DNA of 64,000 nt, taken from positions 85,571 through 149,570 of the forward strand of contig CAYSSX010000001.1 of the NCBI GenBank assembly GCA_964434115.1, written 5' to 3'. Below the pieces are notes generated by a model that saw only the letters and a list, made by a program, of their open reading frames with translations, searched no databases and was not told the DNA's origin. The position numbers and the translations under genes were made by a program. Positions within the stretch are counted from its first letter, which is position 1. Every line of letters starts with the position of its first letter. Source of the stretch: an uncultured bacterium (GTDB lineage Bacteria > Omnitrophota > Omnitrophia > Omnitrophales > Aquincolibacteriaceae). This document shows, piece after piece, positions 37,226 through 47,903 of the stretch.

Positions 37226-38507
37226 TATGCAGGTTCTAACCTGGGATAAGATCACTCAGAAGAAAATTTGCCGGGATTTTAACGATGCGTTTGATCCCAA
37301 AATCTTTAAAAAGGTAAACCGCATTCTTGCCGAGGTCCGTTCACGCGGAGACTTGGCGATCCGCCGTTTTACGCGGGAGTTTGACGGCCTTGACCTGCCG
37401 CTGAAGAGGATTCAGGTTTCGCAGAGCGATATTAACCGGGCCTTTGAAAAGATCCAGGTGAAATTTGTCCCCATCCTGAAACAGATTACCGATAACGTTA
37501 CGGAGTACTACGAAAAGGAATTAAAACAGTCTTTTGAAATCAAGGGCAAAGACGGGGTGTATCTCGCAAAGCGCTATCAGCCTTTGGACCGCGTGGGGGT
37601 TTATATTCCCGGAGGCACCGCGCCGCTGGTTTCAACGGTCTATATGACGGTGATTCCCGCGAAAGTCGCGGGCGTCAAAGAAATCGTGATCGCGACGCCG
37701 CCGAACCGCGACACGGGAGAGATTGACCCCAACATTCTGGCTGTGGCAAATCTTCTGGGCGTGAAGGAAATCTACCGCGTGGGCGGGGCGCAGGCGATTG
37801 GGGCCTTGGCTTTTGGAACGCGGACCATCCGCAAGGTCAATAAAATCGTCGGTCCCGGCAATCAGTATGTGACCGAAGCCAAGCGCCAGGTTTACGGGTT
37901 TGTGGATATTGATATGGTCGCCGGTCCCAGTGAAGTCGCGATTATCGCGGACAGTACCGCGGACCCGGACTTTGTGACCTGCGATCTTCTTGCCCAGGCG
38001 GAGCATGCGGGCGGTATTCCTTACCTGATTACACCGTCAAAAAAACTGATTGAAATTATCCGTAAGCGGGTCGATACAGGTTTCATTATCCAGGTGAAAT
38101 CGATTGCGGAAGCCTGTGAAGTGGCGAATGCCATTGCGGCTGAGCACCTTGAAATCCTCACCGAAGACCCGGAAAAAGTCGCCAAGATGATTGACCACGC
38201 GGGCGCTATTTTCCTGGGGCCTTATTCACCGGCCGTCGTGGGGGATTACATTGCCGGTCCCAGCCATGTGCTGCCAACGGGCGGAACCGCGCGTTATTAT
38301 TCGCCGCTCAGCGCGTCGTCTTTTGTGAAGAGCACCCAGATTATTTCCTACACCAAGGAAGCGCTTTTGAAATCCCGTGAACATGTGAAGCAATTGACGG
38401 ACATGGAAGGACTCGTGCTGCACCGGATTTCCATGGAAGCCCGTTTTGTTGAAAAGACGCCAAATGAAGAAACCGAAACAGAAAAAGAAGGGGCTGCCGC
38501 GGAGTAG
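37209..38507 (+). CDS. hisD: Histidinol dehydrogenase
   Basis: Full-length HisD with GGAQAIGALAFGT region, AGPSE, HxxxH. Start may be ATG 37227. Confidence 0.95.
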   Translation: MKGTADMQVLTWDKITQKKICRDFNDAFDPKIFKKVNRILAEVRSRGDLAIRRFTREFDGLDLPLKRIQVSQSDINRAFEKIQVKFVPILKQITDNVTEYYEKELKQSFEIKGKDGVYLAKRYQPLDRVGVYIPGGTAPLVSTVYMTVIPAKVAGVKEIVIATPPNRDTGEIDPNILAVANLLGVKEIYRVGGAQAIGALAFGTRTIRKVNKIVGPGNQYVTEAKRQVYGFVDIDMVAGPSEVAIIADSTADPDFVTCDLLAQAEHAGGIPYLITPSKKLIEIIRKRVDTGFIIQVKSIAEACEVANAIAAEHLEILTEDPEKVAKMIDHAGAIFLGPYSPAVVGDYIAGPSHVLPTGGTARYYSPLSASSFVKSTQIISYTKEALLKSREHVKQLTDMEGLVLHRISMEARFVEKTPNEETETEKEGAAAE

Positions 38508-38533
38508 TATCCGGCACCATGAGGGGGCGAAGG

Positions 38534-39136
38534 ATGAAAGCTTCAGTGAGAAAAGCTGATTTTAAGAGAACGACCCGCGAGACCGACATTGCCATGAAAC
38601 TAAATGTGGATGGCAGCGGAGTCTGCTCGCTCGATACGGGCATTCCTTTTCTGAATCACATGCTTGAGCTTTTTACCAAGCACGGCCTGTTCGACCTCAC
38701 GGTCAAAGCCAAGGGCGACCTGGATGTCGACATTCACCACACGAATGAAGATGTGGGGATTACGCTTGGGCAGGTTCTCACGAAAGCGCTGGCCGGAAAA
38801 ACCGGGATCCGGCGGTATGGTTTTTTTCATGTTCCGATGGATGAAGCCTTGATCCGGGTCACGCTGGATATTTCCGGGCGCCCGTCGCTTCATGTTTCCA
38901 AAGCGCGTGAAGTGTCTTTCTCGCGTCTTGAAAATTATTCGTTTCATGACGCTATGGAATTTATGAAGGCCTTCTGCCAGCATGCCGGAATCAATATGCA
39001 CATTGAAGTGGCGGCAGGCCGCGACTCCCACCACATTATCGAAGGCGTTTTTAAGGCCGTTGCGCGTGCGCTTGATGCGGCCACCCAGATCGACCCGCGC
39101 GTCAAGGGTGTTCCTTCCACGAAAGGCAGCCTTTAA
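38534..39136 (+). CDS. hisB: Imidazoleglycerol-phosphate dehydratase (monofunctional)
   Basis: RTTRETDI and HHxxE/ HH motifs; about 200 aa, IGPD domain only. Confidence 0.9.
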   Translation: MKASVRKADFKRTTRETDIAMKLNVDGSGVCSLDTGIPFLNHMLELFTKHGLFDLTVKAKGDLDVDIHHTNEDVGITLGQVLTKALAGKTGIRRYGFFHVPMDEALIRVTLDISGRPSLHVSKAREVSFSRLENYSFHDAMEFMKAFCQHAGINMHIEVAAGRDSHHIIEGVFKAVARALDAATQIDPRVKGVPSTKGSL

Positions 39137-39138
39137 GC

Positions 39139-39750
39139 ATGATCGTGGTCCTAGACTACGGCATGGGAAACCTTCGAAGCGTTTCGAAGGCACTGGAGCA
39201 TTTGGGGGCGGACGTTAAAGTCACTTCCAATCCTGCGGACCTTGCCCGCGCTGAAAAGGCGATTCTTCCGGGGGTGGGCGCTTTTGGCGACGCTTCCAAG
39301 GAACTGGACCGGGCCGGTCTTCGCGAGCCGCTCGTCGACTACATTCGTTCCGGCGGTTTGTTTCTCGGCATCTGTCTGGGCCTGCAGCTTCTTTTTTCAG
39401 AAAGCGAAGAAACCCCCGGTGCTAAAGGCCTGGGGATTTTTCCGGGTACTGTCCGGCTGTTTCGTTCTCCGGGGCTTAAGGTCCCGCACATGGGCTGGAA
39501 TCAGATTCTCATCCGGAAACAGCACCCGCTTCTCAAGGGGATCGCGGACAAAAGTTATTTTTATTTCGTGCATTCTTATTATGCCCCGGCCGGAGCCGGC
39601 GGCGCCAGTGCCGCGGATTGTGATTACGGCGGAGAAATGTTCAGCGCGGCCCTGGGAACGGAAACTCTTTTTGCGGCTCAATTTCATCCGGAGAAAAGCC
39701 AGGAAGCGGGCCTCCGGATTCTTAAGAATTTTGTGGAATGGAAAAAATGA
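39139..39750 (+). CDS. hisH: Imidazole glycerol phosphate synthase, glutaminase subunit
   Basis: Class-I GATase: GICLGLQ (catalytic Cys); HMGWN; C-terminal HPE. Confidence 0.9.
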   Translation: MIVVLDYGMGNLRSVSKALEHLGADVKVTSNPADLARAEKAILPGVGAFGDASKELDRAGLREPLVDYIRSGGLFLGICLGLQLLFSESEETPGAKGLGIFPGTVRLFRSPGLKVPHMGWNQILIRKQHPLLKGIADKSYFYFVHSYYAPAGAGGASAADCDYGGEMFSAALGTETLFAAQFHPEKSQEAGLRILKNFVEWKK

Positions 39751-40481
39751 TCCTCTATCCAGCGATTGATCTTTATCAGGGAAAAGTGGTCCGGCTCTCA
39801 CGGGGAGATTTTCAGGCGGAAACGGTTTATTCCGACAATCCTCCGGCGCAGGCCCTTGAATGGCAGAACCAGGGCGCTGAGTGGATTCATGTGGTGGATC
39901 TTGAAGGCGCGAAAACCGGGGAACTCCGGAACCTTTCCTGGGTTCTTAAAATCCGCCAGAGTGTGAACTGCAAGCTCCAGGTTGGAGGCGGGCTTCGCCG
40001 GGCCGAAGACGTGGAGCGCCTTCTTAAAGAAGGGGTCAACCGGGTGGTGATCGGGACCAAGGCTTTGGATCAGAAGTTTTTTCTCGGGCTCTTGGAAAAG
40101 TTCGGGGACCGGATCGCGGTCAGCCTGGACACCAAGGAAGGGCGCGTTCAAACCGAAGGCTGGCTCAAAGAGAGCGGGGAATCGCTTGAGGCCATGTTAA
40201 AACGATTCAATGAAATGACGCTTTCGACCGTTATCTATACAGACATTGCCCGCGATGGCATGCTTCAAGGCCCCAACCTCCAAGGTTTAAGCCAGGTTCT
40301 AGAGTGGAGCAAGGCGAGTGTTATTTTGTCCGGGGGGATTTCCAGTCTCGCGGATCTGGAACAGTGCCGGACGCTCAAGCATAAAAATTTTAACGGTGTG
40401 ATCATGGGCAAGGCCCTTTATGAAAAACGTTTTGAGCTTAAAGAGGCGGTTCGTCTTGCCTCACAAAAGGCCGTGGCTTAA
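39738..40481 (+). CDS. hisA: ProFAR isomerase HisA
   Basis: (M)ILYPAIDLYQGKVVRL N-terminus; TIM-barrel phosphate-binding motifs. Start at 39738 or 39747 (ATGA overlap with hisH). Confidence 0.9.
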   Translation: MEKMILYPAIDLYQGKVVRLSRGDFQAETVYSDNPPAQALEWQNQGAEWIHVVDLEGAKTGELRNLSWVLKIRQSVNCKLQVGGGLRRAEDVERLLKEGVNRVVIGTKALDQKFFLGLLEKFGDRIAVSLDTKEGRVQTEGWLKESGESLEAMLKRFNEMTLSTVIYTDIARDGMLQGPNLQGLSQVLEWSKASVILSGGISSLADLEQCRTLKHKNFNGVIMGKALYEKRFELKEAVRLASQKAVA

Positions 40482-40903
40482 TGGAAATGTTTAATTCTTA
40501 CCTGAATGTTATTTTGCAGGAAAGGTTCTGGTCCTGGTCGATTATCGGAATCATTTACCTTATCTTCGCTTTTACCGTGCGCGGCTGGTTTTTGAATCCG
40601 CTCTTCCGGGACGTGAAGCACCTCAAGCCGCGCTATTACCACGAGATCAAGCAGATCTACCTGAAGTATTCCTTCTGGGGCTGGTTTCTTTTTTTTCTCC
40701 CAGTCGTTTTCTTTACTTATGTCTGGAATCAGACAGCCAAAGAACCGTTGACTCTGCGGCATCACCTTGCGATTGCTTTGGGTTTTTTCAGCTTTCTTGC
40801 ATCCATCATGATTCATATGCGTGCCTTTGCGAACGCGTGTGTGGAGCTCCTCCGGGAGATGGTGGATGAAAAGGATGCCCAGGCTGTTGTGAAGCACGTT
40901 TAA
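40481..40903 (+). CDS. Hypothetical small membrane protein (3 predicted TM) inserted between hisA and hisF
   Basis: 140-aa ORF tightly packed (TAATG overlap with hisA, 17 nt before hisF). Hydrophobic helices. Lower-GC codon usage than flanking his genes by eye. Confidence 0.5.
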   Translation: MEMFNSYLNVILQERFWSWSIIGIIYLIFAFTVRGWFLNPLFRDVKHLKPRYYHEIKQIYLKYSFWGWFLFFLPVVFFTYVWNQTAKEPLTLRHHLAIALGFFSFLASIMIHMRAFANACVELLREMVDEKDAQAVVKHV

Positions 40904-40920
40904 CCCCACAGACTTTCCGC

Positions 40921-41685
40921 ATGCTCGCCAAACGCATTATTCCATGCCTCGATGTTAAGGACGGCCGTGTTGTCAAAGGTGTCAACTTCGTCAATCTGCT
41001 TGATGCGGGTGATCCCGTGGCGTGCGCCAAGGCCTACGATGAATCCGGTGCTGATGAATTAGTTTTCCTGGACATCACAGCCTCCCATGAAAAACGCGGA
41101 ACAACCCTCGAAATGGTGGAAAAAGTCGCTGAAACCGTAATGATTCCCTTTACGGTGGGAGGCGGCATACGCGAGGTGCAGGACATCCGGGATTTGCTCA
41201 AAGCGGGATGCGATAAGGTTTCGATTAATACCAGCGCGATACAAAACCCCGATTTTATCCGTCAGGCCAGCAGCCGTTTTGGAAGCCAGTGCATTGTTCT
41301 CGCGGTCGATGCTAAACGGGACACGGATGGGACATGGCGCGTCTACACCCATGGCGGCCGGAACCCTACAGGCTTGGATGCTGTGGCCTGGGCCAAGGAA
41401 GGCGAACGTTTGGGCGCTGGGGAGATTCTTCTAACCAGTATGGACCGGGACGGCACGAAACTCGGCTACGATGTGGAGCTTTTGCGTATTATTTCCGAAA
41501 GCCTCAAGATTCCGCTGATCGCCTCTGGAGGAGTTGGAACGCTGGAACATTTTTATCAGGGTTTTCATGAAGGTAAAGCGGACGCGTGCCTTGCCGCATC
41601 GGTATTTCATTTTGGGGAATTCCGTATTTCTCAGGTCAAAAACTACCTGGCAGAGCGTGGAATTCCTGTCCGTGTAACTTCTTGA
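40921..41685 (+). CDS. hisF: Imidazole glycerol phosphate synthase, cyclase subunit
   Basis: [21 protein letters not shown]-terminus; full-length HisF. Confidence 0.95.
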   Translation: MLAKRIIPCLDVKDGRVVKGVNFVNLLDAGDPVACAKAYDESGADELVFLDITASHEKRGTTLEMVEKVAETVMIPFTVGGGIREVQDIRDLLKAGCDKVSINTSAIQNPDFIRQASSRFGSQCIVLAVDAKRDTDGTWRVYTHGGRNPTGLDAVAWAKEGERLGAGEILLTSMDRDGTKLGYDVELLRIISESLKIPLIASGGVGTLEHFYQGFHEGKADACLAASVFHFGEFRISQVKNYLAERGIPVRVTS

Positions 41686-41777
41686 CACAGATTGAACTTG
41701 TGGCATACTGAAGAATTAAGAAGCTGTAAAGGCTTTCAGCCATCATTATAAGACATTTAAATCAAAGGAGTTAGGTT

Positions 41778-42155
41778 ATGACGGAATTCAAGTACGACTC
41801 AAAAGGACTGATGCCGGTCATTATTCAGGACGTGGACAGCGGCGAAGTTCTGATGCTTGCTTATATGGACAAAGTGGCAGTTGAAAGAACCCTCAAAGAA
41901 AAAAAGACGGTTTTCTTCTCCCGTTCCCGCAACAAATATTGGGTCAAAGGCGAAAGTTCAGGCCACATTCAGGAAGTCAAACAAGCTCTTACGGACTGCG
42001 ACACGGACACAATTCTTGTGAAAGTGAAGCAGCACGGAGGCGCCTGCCACCTTGGGTACAGAACCTGCTTTGTCCACGAGCTGGATGAAAATGCTCAGGT
42101 CACCCGCATTACGCAGGAAAAGGTTTTTGACCCGGACAGTGTTTATAAATCATGA
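41778..42155 (+). CDS. hisI: Phosphoribosyl-AMP cyclohydrolase (HisI only, no HisE domain)
   Basis: LMLAYMD... and C-x..C region (GGACHLGYRTCF). Confidence 0.9.
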   Translation: MTEFKYDSKGLMPVIIQDVDSGEVLMLAYMDKVAVERTLKEKKTVFFSRSRNKYWVKGESSGHIQEVKQALTDCDTDTILVKVKQHGGACHLGYRTCFVHELDENAQVTRITQEKVFDPDSVYKS

Positions 42156-43642
42156 TTTCTCCGGATCTGAAAACCTTCAAACAGATGTCCCGGAAGGGAA
42201 ATCTGATCGCTGTCACGGAAACAGTCCCCGCCGACCTTGAAACGCCTGTCTCGAGTTTTTTAAAAATCGCGGGCCGTGAAAAGAACGCTTTCTTGCTTGA
42301 ATCCGCGGAGCAGGAAGAGCGGGTGGGGCGTTACTCGATTCTGGGGATCCACCCGGAGACTCTTTTGGGCGCGGGCGCGGATGGAAAACTTTTTGAGGAA
42401 GTTGACGGGAAACGCAAAGCCTTGAATTTCAAAGGCGCGCTCTGTGACGCGGTGGAAGCGAGAATGAAACAGATGAAACTCGCGAACCCGCAGGACTTGA
42501 AAGGTTTCAGCGGCGGATTTGTCGGGTATCTGAGTTATGAAAATGTCGCGGATTTTGACGATGTCCGTTTAAAACCCTTAGCCTCGATCGGTGTCCCTCA
42601 GGGGATTTTCGTTTTTTGCCGCGACCTGGTGATCTTTGACCATTTCCGCAAACAGCTTCACTTTGTGTCCCTGGTTCCGGTTTCTAAAAGTCAATCCGCC
42701 GAAAAAGCTTACCGCCGGGGTGTGGCCAGTATTCAGAGCCTGACCGCGCGTCTCAGCCGCCCGCTTAACAGCTCTTCCCGTTCTTTGTCCGCGAAAGCAC
42801 CCAAACCTCATTTTCACATGAAGCCTGAAGCCTTCGAGGCCAAGGTCAAGCGTGTGAAGGAATATATCCGGGCCGGGGACTGTATTCAGGTGGTTTTGTC
42901 TCAGCGCTTTTCTTTGCCTTTCAAGGGCCAAGACTTTCAGATTTACCGCGCTTTGCGTTCGATCAACCCTTCACCCTACATGTTTTATTTCCGCTGCGGC
43001 GATTTGCGTTTGATCGGGTCTTCTCCGGAACTGCTGGTCAAGAAAACCGGCTTGCTCGCCGAAGTGCGCCCTATTGCCGGAACACGCCCGCGCGGCGCCT
43101 CAATCCGTGAAGACTTAAAGCATGAAGAGAATTTGAAAAAATCCCGGAAGGAATTGGCCGAGCACCTGATGCTTGTGGACTTGGGCCGCAACGATCTGGG
43201 CCGGGTCTGCCGCTACGACTCGATCCGCGTTGAAAACTTTGCCCGTGTCGAACGTTATTCCCACGTCATGCATCTGGTCAGTGATGTTTCCGGAAAGCTC
43301 AAGCCGGGGATGACCTCCTTTGATCTTTTGAAGGCGACTTTTCCGGCGGGAACGGTTTCCGGGGCACCGAAAATCAGGGCCATGGAAATTATCAATGAAT
43401 TGGAAGCCGAGACGCGCGGGCCTTATGCCGGCTGCCTGGGGTACTTCGGCTTGAACGGGGATATGGACATGTGTATTACGATCCGGACCATGGTTCTTCA
43501 CGGCGGACGTCTTTACCTTCAGGCCGGCGCCGGGATCGTGAAAGATTCCAATCCCAAAAGTGAATATCAGGAAACGGTCAATAAAGCGAAGGCGTTGTTT
43601 AAGGCCATTGAAGAACAGGGGCGGTTCAAATGCTTCTCGTGA
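42152..43642 (+). CDS. trpE: Anthranilate synthase component I
   Basis: Chorismate-binding domain motifs ([20 protein letters not shown]). Confidence 0.95.
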   Translation: MISPDLKTFKQMSRKGNLIAVTETVPADLETPVSSFLKIAGREKNAFLLESAEQEERVGRYSILGIHPETLLGAGADGKLFEEVDGKRKALNFKGALCDAVEARMKQMKLANPQDLKGFSGGFVGYLSYENVADFDDVRLKPLASIGVPQGIFVFCRDLVIFDHFRKQLHFVSLVPVSKSQSAEKAYRRGVASIQSLTARLSRPLNSSSRSLSAKAPKPHFHMKPEAFEAKVKRVKEYIRAGDCIQVVLSQRFSLPFKGQDFQIYRALRSINPSPYMFYFRCGDLRLIGSSPELLVKKTGLLAEVRPIAGTRPRGASIREDLKHEENLKKSRKELAEHLMLVDLGRNDLGRVCRYDSIRVENFARVERYSHVMHLVSDVSGKLKPGMTSFDLLKATFPAGTVSGAPKIRAMEIINELEAETRGPYAGCLGYFGLNGDMDMCITIRTMVLHGGRLYLQAGAGIVKDSNPKSEYQETVNKAKALFKAIEEQGRFKCFS

Positions 43643-44214
43643 TCGATAATTACGATTCCTTTACCTACAACCTGGTGCAGTATTTCGGGGAATTGAAAAC
43701 CAAGCCTCAGGTGTGGAGGAATGACAAAATTACGATTGCCGCCATCCGCAAAATGAAACCGGACCAGATTGTGATCTCCCCGGGACCCTGCACGCCGAAA
43801 GAGGCCGGCATTTCCAACGAAGTGATCCGGACCTTTGCCGGAGTGATTCCGATTCTGGGCGTTTGCCTGGGGCATCAATGTATTGGAGACACTTTTGGCG
43901 GCCGGATTATCCGGGCCAAGCAAATCATGCACGGAAAGACTTCGGAAATTTTTCATAAGGACCAGGGCGTGTTTGAAGGCCTGCCGAAACCTTTTCCCGC
44001 AACCCGGTATCATTCGCTGGTGATTGAGAAGAAATCTTTTCCGGCCAAGGAGCTTGAAATCACGGCCTGGACCAAGGACGGGGAAATCATGGGGGTCAGG
44101 CACCGCCGGTATCCGGTCTGGGGCGTGCAGTTTCACCCGGAATCGATTTTGACCACCTCCGGAAAAGACATTCTAAGAAATTTTCTCAAACTTTCACGCG
44201 CTTCAAAAAAGTGA
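43630..44214 (+). CDS. trpG: Anthranilate synthase component II (glutamine amidotransferase)
   Basis: GVCLGHQ catalytic Cys; GVQFHPES. Confidence 0.9.
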   Translation: MLLVIDNYDSFTYNLVQYFGELKTKPQVWRNDKITIAAIRKMKPDQIVISPGPCTPKEAGISNEVIRTFAGVIPILGVCLGHQCIGDTFGGRIIRAKQIMHGKTSEIFHKDQGVFEGLPKPFPATRYHSLVIEKKSFPAKELEITAWTKDGEIMGVRHRRYPVWGVQFHPESILTTSGKDILRNFLKLSRASKK

Positions 44215-45242
44215 AGGCTGTGATGCAGCCCGTATTGACCGCGCTTTTAGCAGGCAAAAAACTGAGCTTTGCTGAGGCGAAAAAAGTTTTTACCGCTCTT
44301 TTTCAGGAAAAAATTCCCGTTTCTCAGGCTAAAGCCTTTTTGCTTCTGCTTGCTGAAAGAGGGGAAAGTTCAGACGAACTTCGCGGCTGCGTGGAGGCCC
44401 TCCGGGCGCTGGAGCCGCCGCGCCGTTCCCCTTACGGGGACCTGCTGGACACCTGCGGGACAGGCGGTGACGGGTCGAATTCCGTGAATGTCTCAACGCT
44501 CGCGGCCTTTGTGATTGCCGGCGCGGGCGGGCATGTCGCGAAGCACGGGAACCGGGCCATTACCTCCAAGTCAGGAAGCTCTGATTTGCTCGATGCTCTG
44601 GGCGTCAAAATAGAAGCCCCGATCGCCCGGATGCAGGCGGCGATTAAAAAAGCAGGCATTGGTTATTTTCACGCGCCTCTTTATCACCCGGTTTTTGCGA
44701 GGGTGCAGCCTTTGAGAAAATCGCTCAAAGTCAGGACGGTTTTTAATTTGCTCGGACCGCTTGTGAACCCGCTGAACGTGGCGTATCAGCTCACGGGCGT
44801 ATCCCGCGCCGAACACCTGAAGCTTTACGCGGAAGTGTTCAAACATCGTCCGGGGGTCAAGCGGGCGCTCATTTGCCGCAGTGAAGAAGGCTGGGACGAA
44901 ATTTCGGTTTTAAAACCCACCCGGTTTCTGCTTGTGGAAAAAGGCCGCGTGAAGGCCGGAGTGATTGATCCCAGAGAGCTGGGGCTCCAAGGCGGGCGCT
45001 TGGAAGATTTAAAAGGCGGCACGCCGGAAAGAAGTGCGGTGCTTGCCGAGAAGATTTTAAACGGCACTCAAAAAGGCCCGCTCCGCAATTTGATTGTGAT
45101 CAATGCGGCCGCGGGAATTTGGACAGCCGGACTCGCGAAGAATCTCCGTGAAGGGGTTCTTGCCGCGGAGTCCTCGATTAACAGCGGAAACGCACGGAAA
45201 GCGCTGCGAGATTTGGTGCGCATTTCCAAGGGCGGGGTTTGA
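44211..45242 (+). CDS. trpD: Anthranilate phosphoribosyltransferase
   Basis: [17 protein letters not shown] motif (GTGGD). Confidence 0.95.
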   Translation: MKAVMQPVLTALLAGKKLSFAEAKKVFTALFQEKIPVSQAKAFLLLLAERGESSDELRGCVEALRALEPPRRSPYGDLLDTCGTGGDGSNSVNVSTLAAFVIAGAGGHVAKHGNRAITSKSGSSDLLDALGVKIEAPIARMQAAIKKAGIGYFHAPLYHPVFARVQPLRKSLKVRTVFNLLGPLVNPLNVAYQLTGVSRAEHLKLYAEVFKHRPGVKRALICRSEEGWDEISVLKPTRFLLVEKGRVKAGVIDPRELGLQGGRLEDLKGGTPERSAVLAEKILNGTQKGPLRNLIVINAAAGIWTAGLAKNLREGVLAAESSINSGNARKALRDLVRISKGGV

Positions 45243-45245
45243 TTC

Positions 45246-46058
45246 ATGATTTTGAATGAAATTGTGCAGCAAAAACGCAAAGATCTTGAAGAGCTCAAGA
45301 GACGGTTTCCGCCCCACCGCCTGAAAAAGGCCGTGGAACATTTGAAGCCTTCGCAAAGGCGGCCGTTTCTCAAGGCCATCAGCAGTCCCAAGAAACTCAA
45401 CATTATCTGCGAATTGAAAAAGGCCTCACCTTCCGAAGGCGTGATCCGCGAGGATTTTCAGCCTTTGCGCATTGCGTCCATTTACGAACACGCCGGAGCG
45501 GCTGCGCTTTCAATCCTTACGGAGCCGCATTTTTTCAAAGGCCGTCCCAGCTATCTGAAAACCGTCCGGCAGGTGACCACCATTCCGCTTCTGAGAAAGG
45601 ATTTTATTTTTGAAACTTATCAGCTTTATGAAACAGCCCTGCTTGAGGCGGACGCTTTTTTACTGATCGCCTGTCTTTTGACTGAAGAAGAGCTCAAGAC
45701 CTTGATTGATCTTGGCCGGGAGCTTGGTATGGATGCCCTGGTGGAAATCCACGCGGATGAGGATTTGAAGAAGGCTTTGGATGCGGGCGCCCAAATCATC
45801 GGGATCAATAACCGGAATTTAAAGACTCTCGAAGTGGATGTGAACCGTTCCAAACAGCTGCTGCCGCACATTCCCAAGGGGATTATTAAAGTGGTCGAAA
45901 GCGGCTTGAGCAGTCACGAACAGCTATTATCTTATAAGGGGTACGGGGCGGACGCTTTTCTGATTGGGACTGCCTTTATGAAGTCCCCGGATATTCTTGC
46001 CTCGGTCGAGAGTTTTCTCGGGACCGACCGGAAATGGCGCAAAACGGAGGAAGTCTGA
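45246..46058 (+). CDS. trpC: Indole-3-glycerol phosphate synthase
   Basis: IICELKKASPS...; LRKDFIF; GINNRNL. Confidence 0.9.
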   Translation: MILNEIVQQKRKDLEELKRRFPPHRLKKAVEHLKPSQRRPFLKAISSPKKLNIICELKKASPSEGVIREDFQPLRIASIYEHAGAAALSILTEPHFFKGRPSYLKTVRQVTTIPLLRKDFIFETYQLYETALLEADAFLLIACLLTEEELKTLIDLGRELGMDALVEIHADEDLKKALDAGAQIIGINNRNLKTLEVDVNRSKQLLPHIPKGIIKVVESGLSSHEQLLSYKGYGADAFLIGTAFMKSPDILASVESFLGTDRKWRKTEEV

Positions 46059-46714
46059 TGCCGCTCGTTAAGATCTGCGGAAATACAAATCTTGAGGATG
46101 TCCGCCTGGCCATCAAGCTTGGAGCGGACTTCATTGGCTTTATTTTTACGGAAAGCAAGCGCCGCATTTCAGTCGCGGAAGCAAACGCGATTATTCAGCA
46201 GTTTCCTGAATATCAAAATTTTGTCGGTGTTTTTCTGAATCAGCCCAAGAAGGAAGTGGAAGACGCGGCCCGGGAACTGGGCCTCAAATGGGTTCAGTTT
46301 CACGGCGATGAAACCGCGCTTTACTGTGAGTCTTTTATGGATCACGGGTTTTCTGTGATCAAAACCTTCCGTATTAAAGACGCCATGAGTCTCAAGCGGA
46401 TTGATGAATACAATGTGCAGGCCTTTCTTTTCGACACTTATTCAAGCGACAAAAAGGGCGGTACCGGGGTTCCCTTTGACTGGAGCCTGATTTCGGAACG
46501 TTCTTTTGTTCACGATAAACTTTTTCTGGCGGGCGGCCTCAACAATGAAAATCTTGAAGACGCGATCCGCCAGGTGAATCCGTTTGCGGTGGATGTCGCA
46601 AGCGGGGTTGAACTCAGCCCGGGCAAAAAAGACCCGGTGCTGCTTGAGCGGTTCATTCGATTGGCGCACGAGGGCCGAAAACGCAATGTCCCGGAAAGTA
46701 CCCTTCCTTCATAA
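46058..46714 (+). CDS. trpF: Phosphoribosylanthranilate isomerase
   Basis: MPLVKICGNT N-terminus (GGAGG RBS before ATG 46058); LAGGL; TIM barrel. Confidence 0.85.
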   Translation: MPLVKICGNTNLEDVRLAIKLGADFIGFIFTESKRRISVAEANAIIQQFPEYQNFVGVFLNQPKKEVEDAARELGLKWVQFHGDETALYCESFMDHGFSVIKTFRIKDAMSLKRIDEYNVQAFLFDTYSSDKKGGTGVPFDWSLISERSFVHDKLFLAGGLNNENLEDAIRQVNPFAVDVASGVELSPGKKDPVLLERFIRLAHEGRKRNVPESTLPS

Positions 46715-47900
46715 GTTTCTTTCCCGGCTGGACCGTGTGGACCGGGAGTCTCTCCAAAGCACTGTGCGGAGCCTTGCTCTGGAGCACGCGCAGTATCATG
46801 AAATCCTTCAGTCCCTGCCCATCGGGATTGCCCTGACCGCGAGGAATGGAAAAATTCTTTTTATCAATACCCAGGCTTTGGACTGTCTTGGCGCGGACCT
46901 CCGTGCTGCGGACAGCCCGTCGAAACTTTCATCACTTGCGCAAGACGCCGCGCTTCGGGCCTTTCTTGAAAAGCTGGAAAAGGTGGACCCCAAAGTGCTG
47001 AGTGAAGATCTCTCTGTGGTGCTTCCAAAGGAAATGGTGCTGCGAGTCAGCGTGACGCCTTTTGACAAAAGCGAGGCCGGGGAGCGGATGATCCTTTTCA
47101 CGGAAGGCGGGCAAAGCAAGAATCAGGCGGATGACTCGCTTCTGCAGCGGCGCGAATCACTTCTTAAGCTGGCCGCGGGGGTGGCGCATGAAATCGGTAA
47201 TCCGCTCAATTCGATCCATATTCATCTCGGTCTGCTGAAGCGCGACGCGGAAGAACTGCCAGCGCCCAAACAAAAGAATTTTCTCAAAACGCTTTCAGTG
47301 CTTCAGGCTGAAACCTCGCGCCTGGACCGCATTATCCGGGCCTTTCTCAAAGCCACGCGGAAGCCGCCGCTCCGTTTCAAGGAAAGCGACCTCAATGAAG
47401 TGATTCAGGGGTCTGTGGATTTTTTTCAACCGGAACTTGAGAAACACAAAATTCAGATCCGCTTCCGCCCGGACCGCATGCTGCCGTGCTTTCTCATGGA
47501 CAAGGAAAGGCTTCGTGAGGTTTTTGTGAACCTGATTAAGAATGCGATGGAAGCCATGCCGGAAGGCGGGTTGATCCGGATTTCCGTGACGCACCGGGCC
47601 AAGGCCGCGCTGATCCGCGTGAGGGATGAAGGAAACGGGATTCCGGAAGATTCCTTGCCGCATATTTTTGACGCCTATTACACCACCAAGCCGGAAGGTT
47701 CGGGGCTTGGATTGGTTTCGGTCTATAACGCTGTGGCCGAGCACGGGGGACGGATTGAAGTTGAAACGCGCCAAGGGAAAGGGACGACCTTTACCCTTCT
47801 TTTGCCCGTGCGGCAGCCGCGGCTGCAGCTGCCGGGCTACGGCAGTGCCTCAGGTTCGGCCCGCGAAAAAAAGAATGAACGAAATTCAGAAGGAGCCTAA
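46686..47900 (+). CDS. Sensor histidine kinase (PAS-like N-terminal region, HisKA, HATPase)
   Basis: H-box AAGVAHEIGNPLNSI; N-box NLIKNAMEAM; G-boxes RDEGNGIPE and GSGLGLVSV. Start uncertain (ORF opens at 46584, overlapping trpF). Confidence 0.8.
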   Translation: MSRKVPFLHKFLSRLDRVDRESLQSTVRSLALEHAQYHEILQSLPIGIALTARNGKILFINTQALDCLGADLRAADSPSKLSSLAQDAALRAFLEKLEKVDPKVLSEDLSVVLPKEMVLRVSVTPFDKSEAGERMILFTEGGQSKNQADDSLLQRRESLLKLAAGVAHEIGNPLNSIHIHLGLLKRDAEELPAPKQKNFLKTLSVLQAETSRLDRIIRAFLKATRKPPLRFKESDLNEVIQGSVDFFQPELEKHKIQIRFRPDRMLPCFLMDKERLREVFVNLIKNAMEAMPEGGLIRISVTHRAKAALIRVRDEGNGIPEDSLPHIFDAYYTTKPEGSGLGLVSVYNAVAEHGGRIEVETRQGKGTTFTLLLPVRQPRLQLPGYGSASGSAREKKNERNSEGA

Positions 47901-47903
47901 ATC

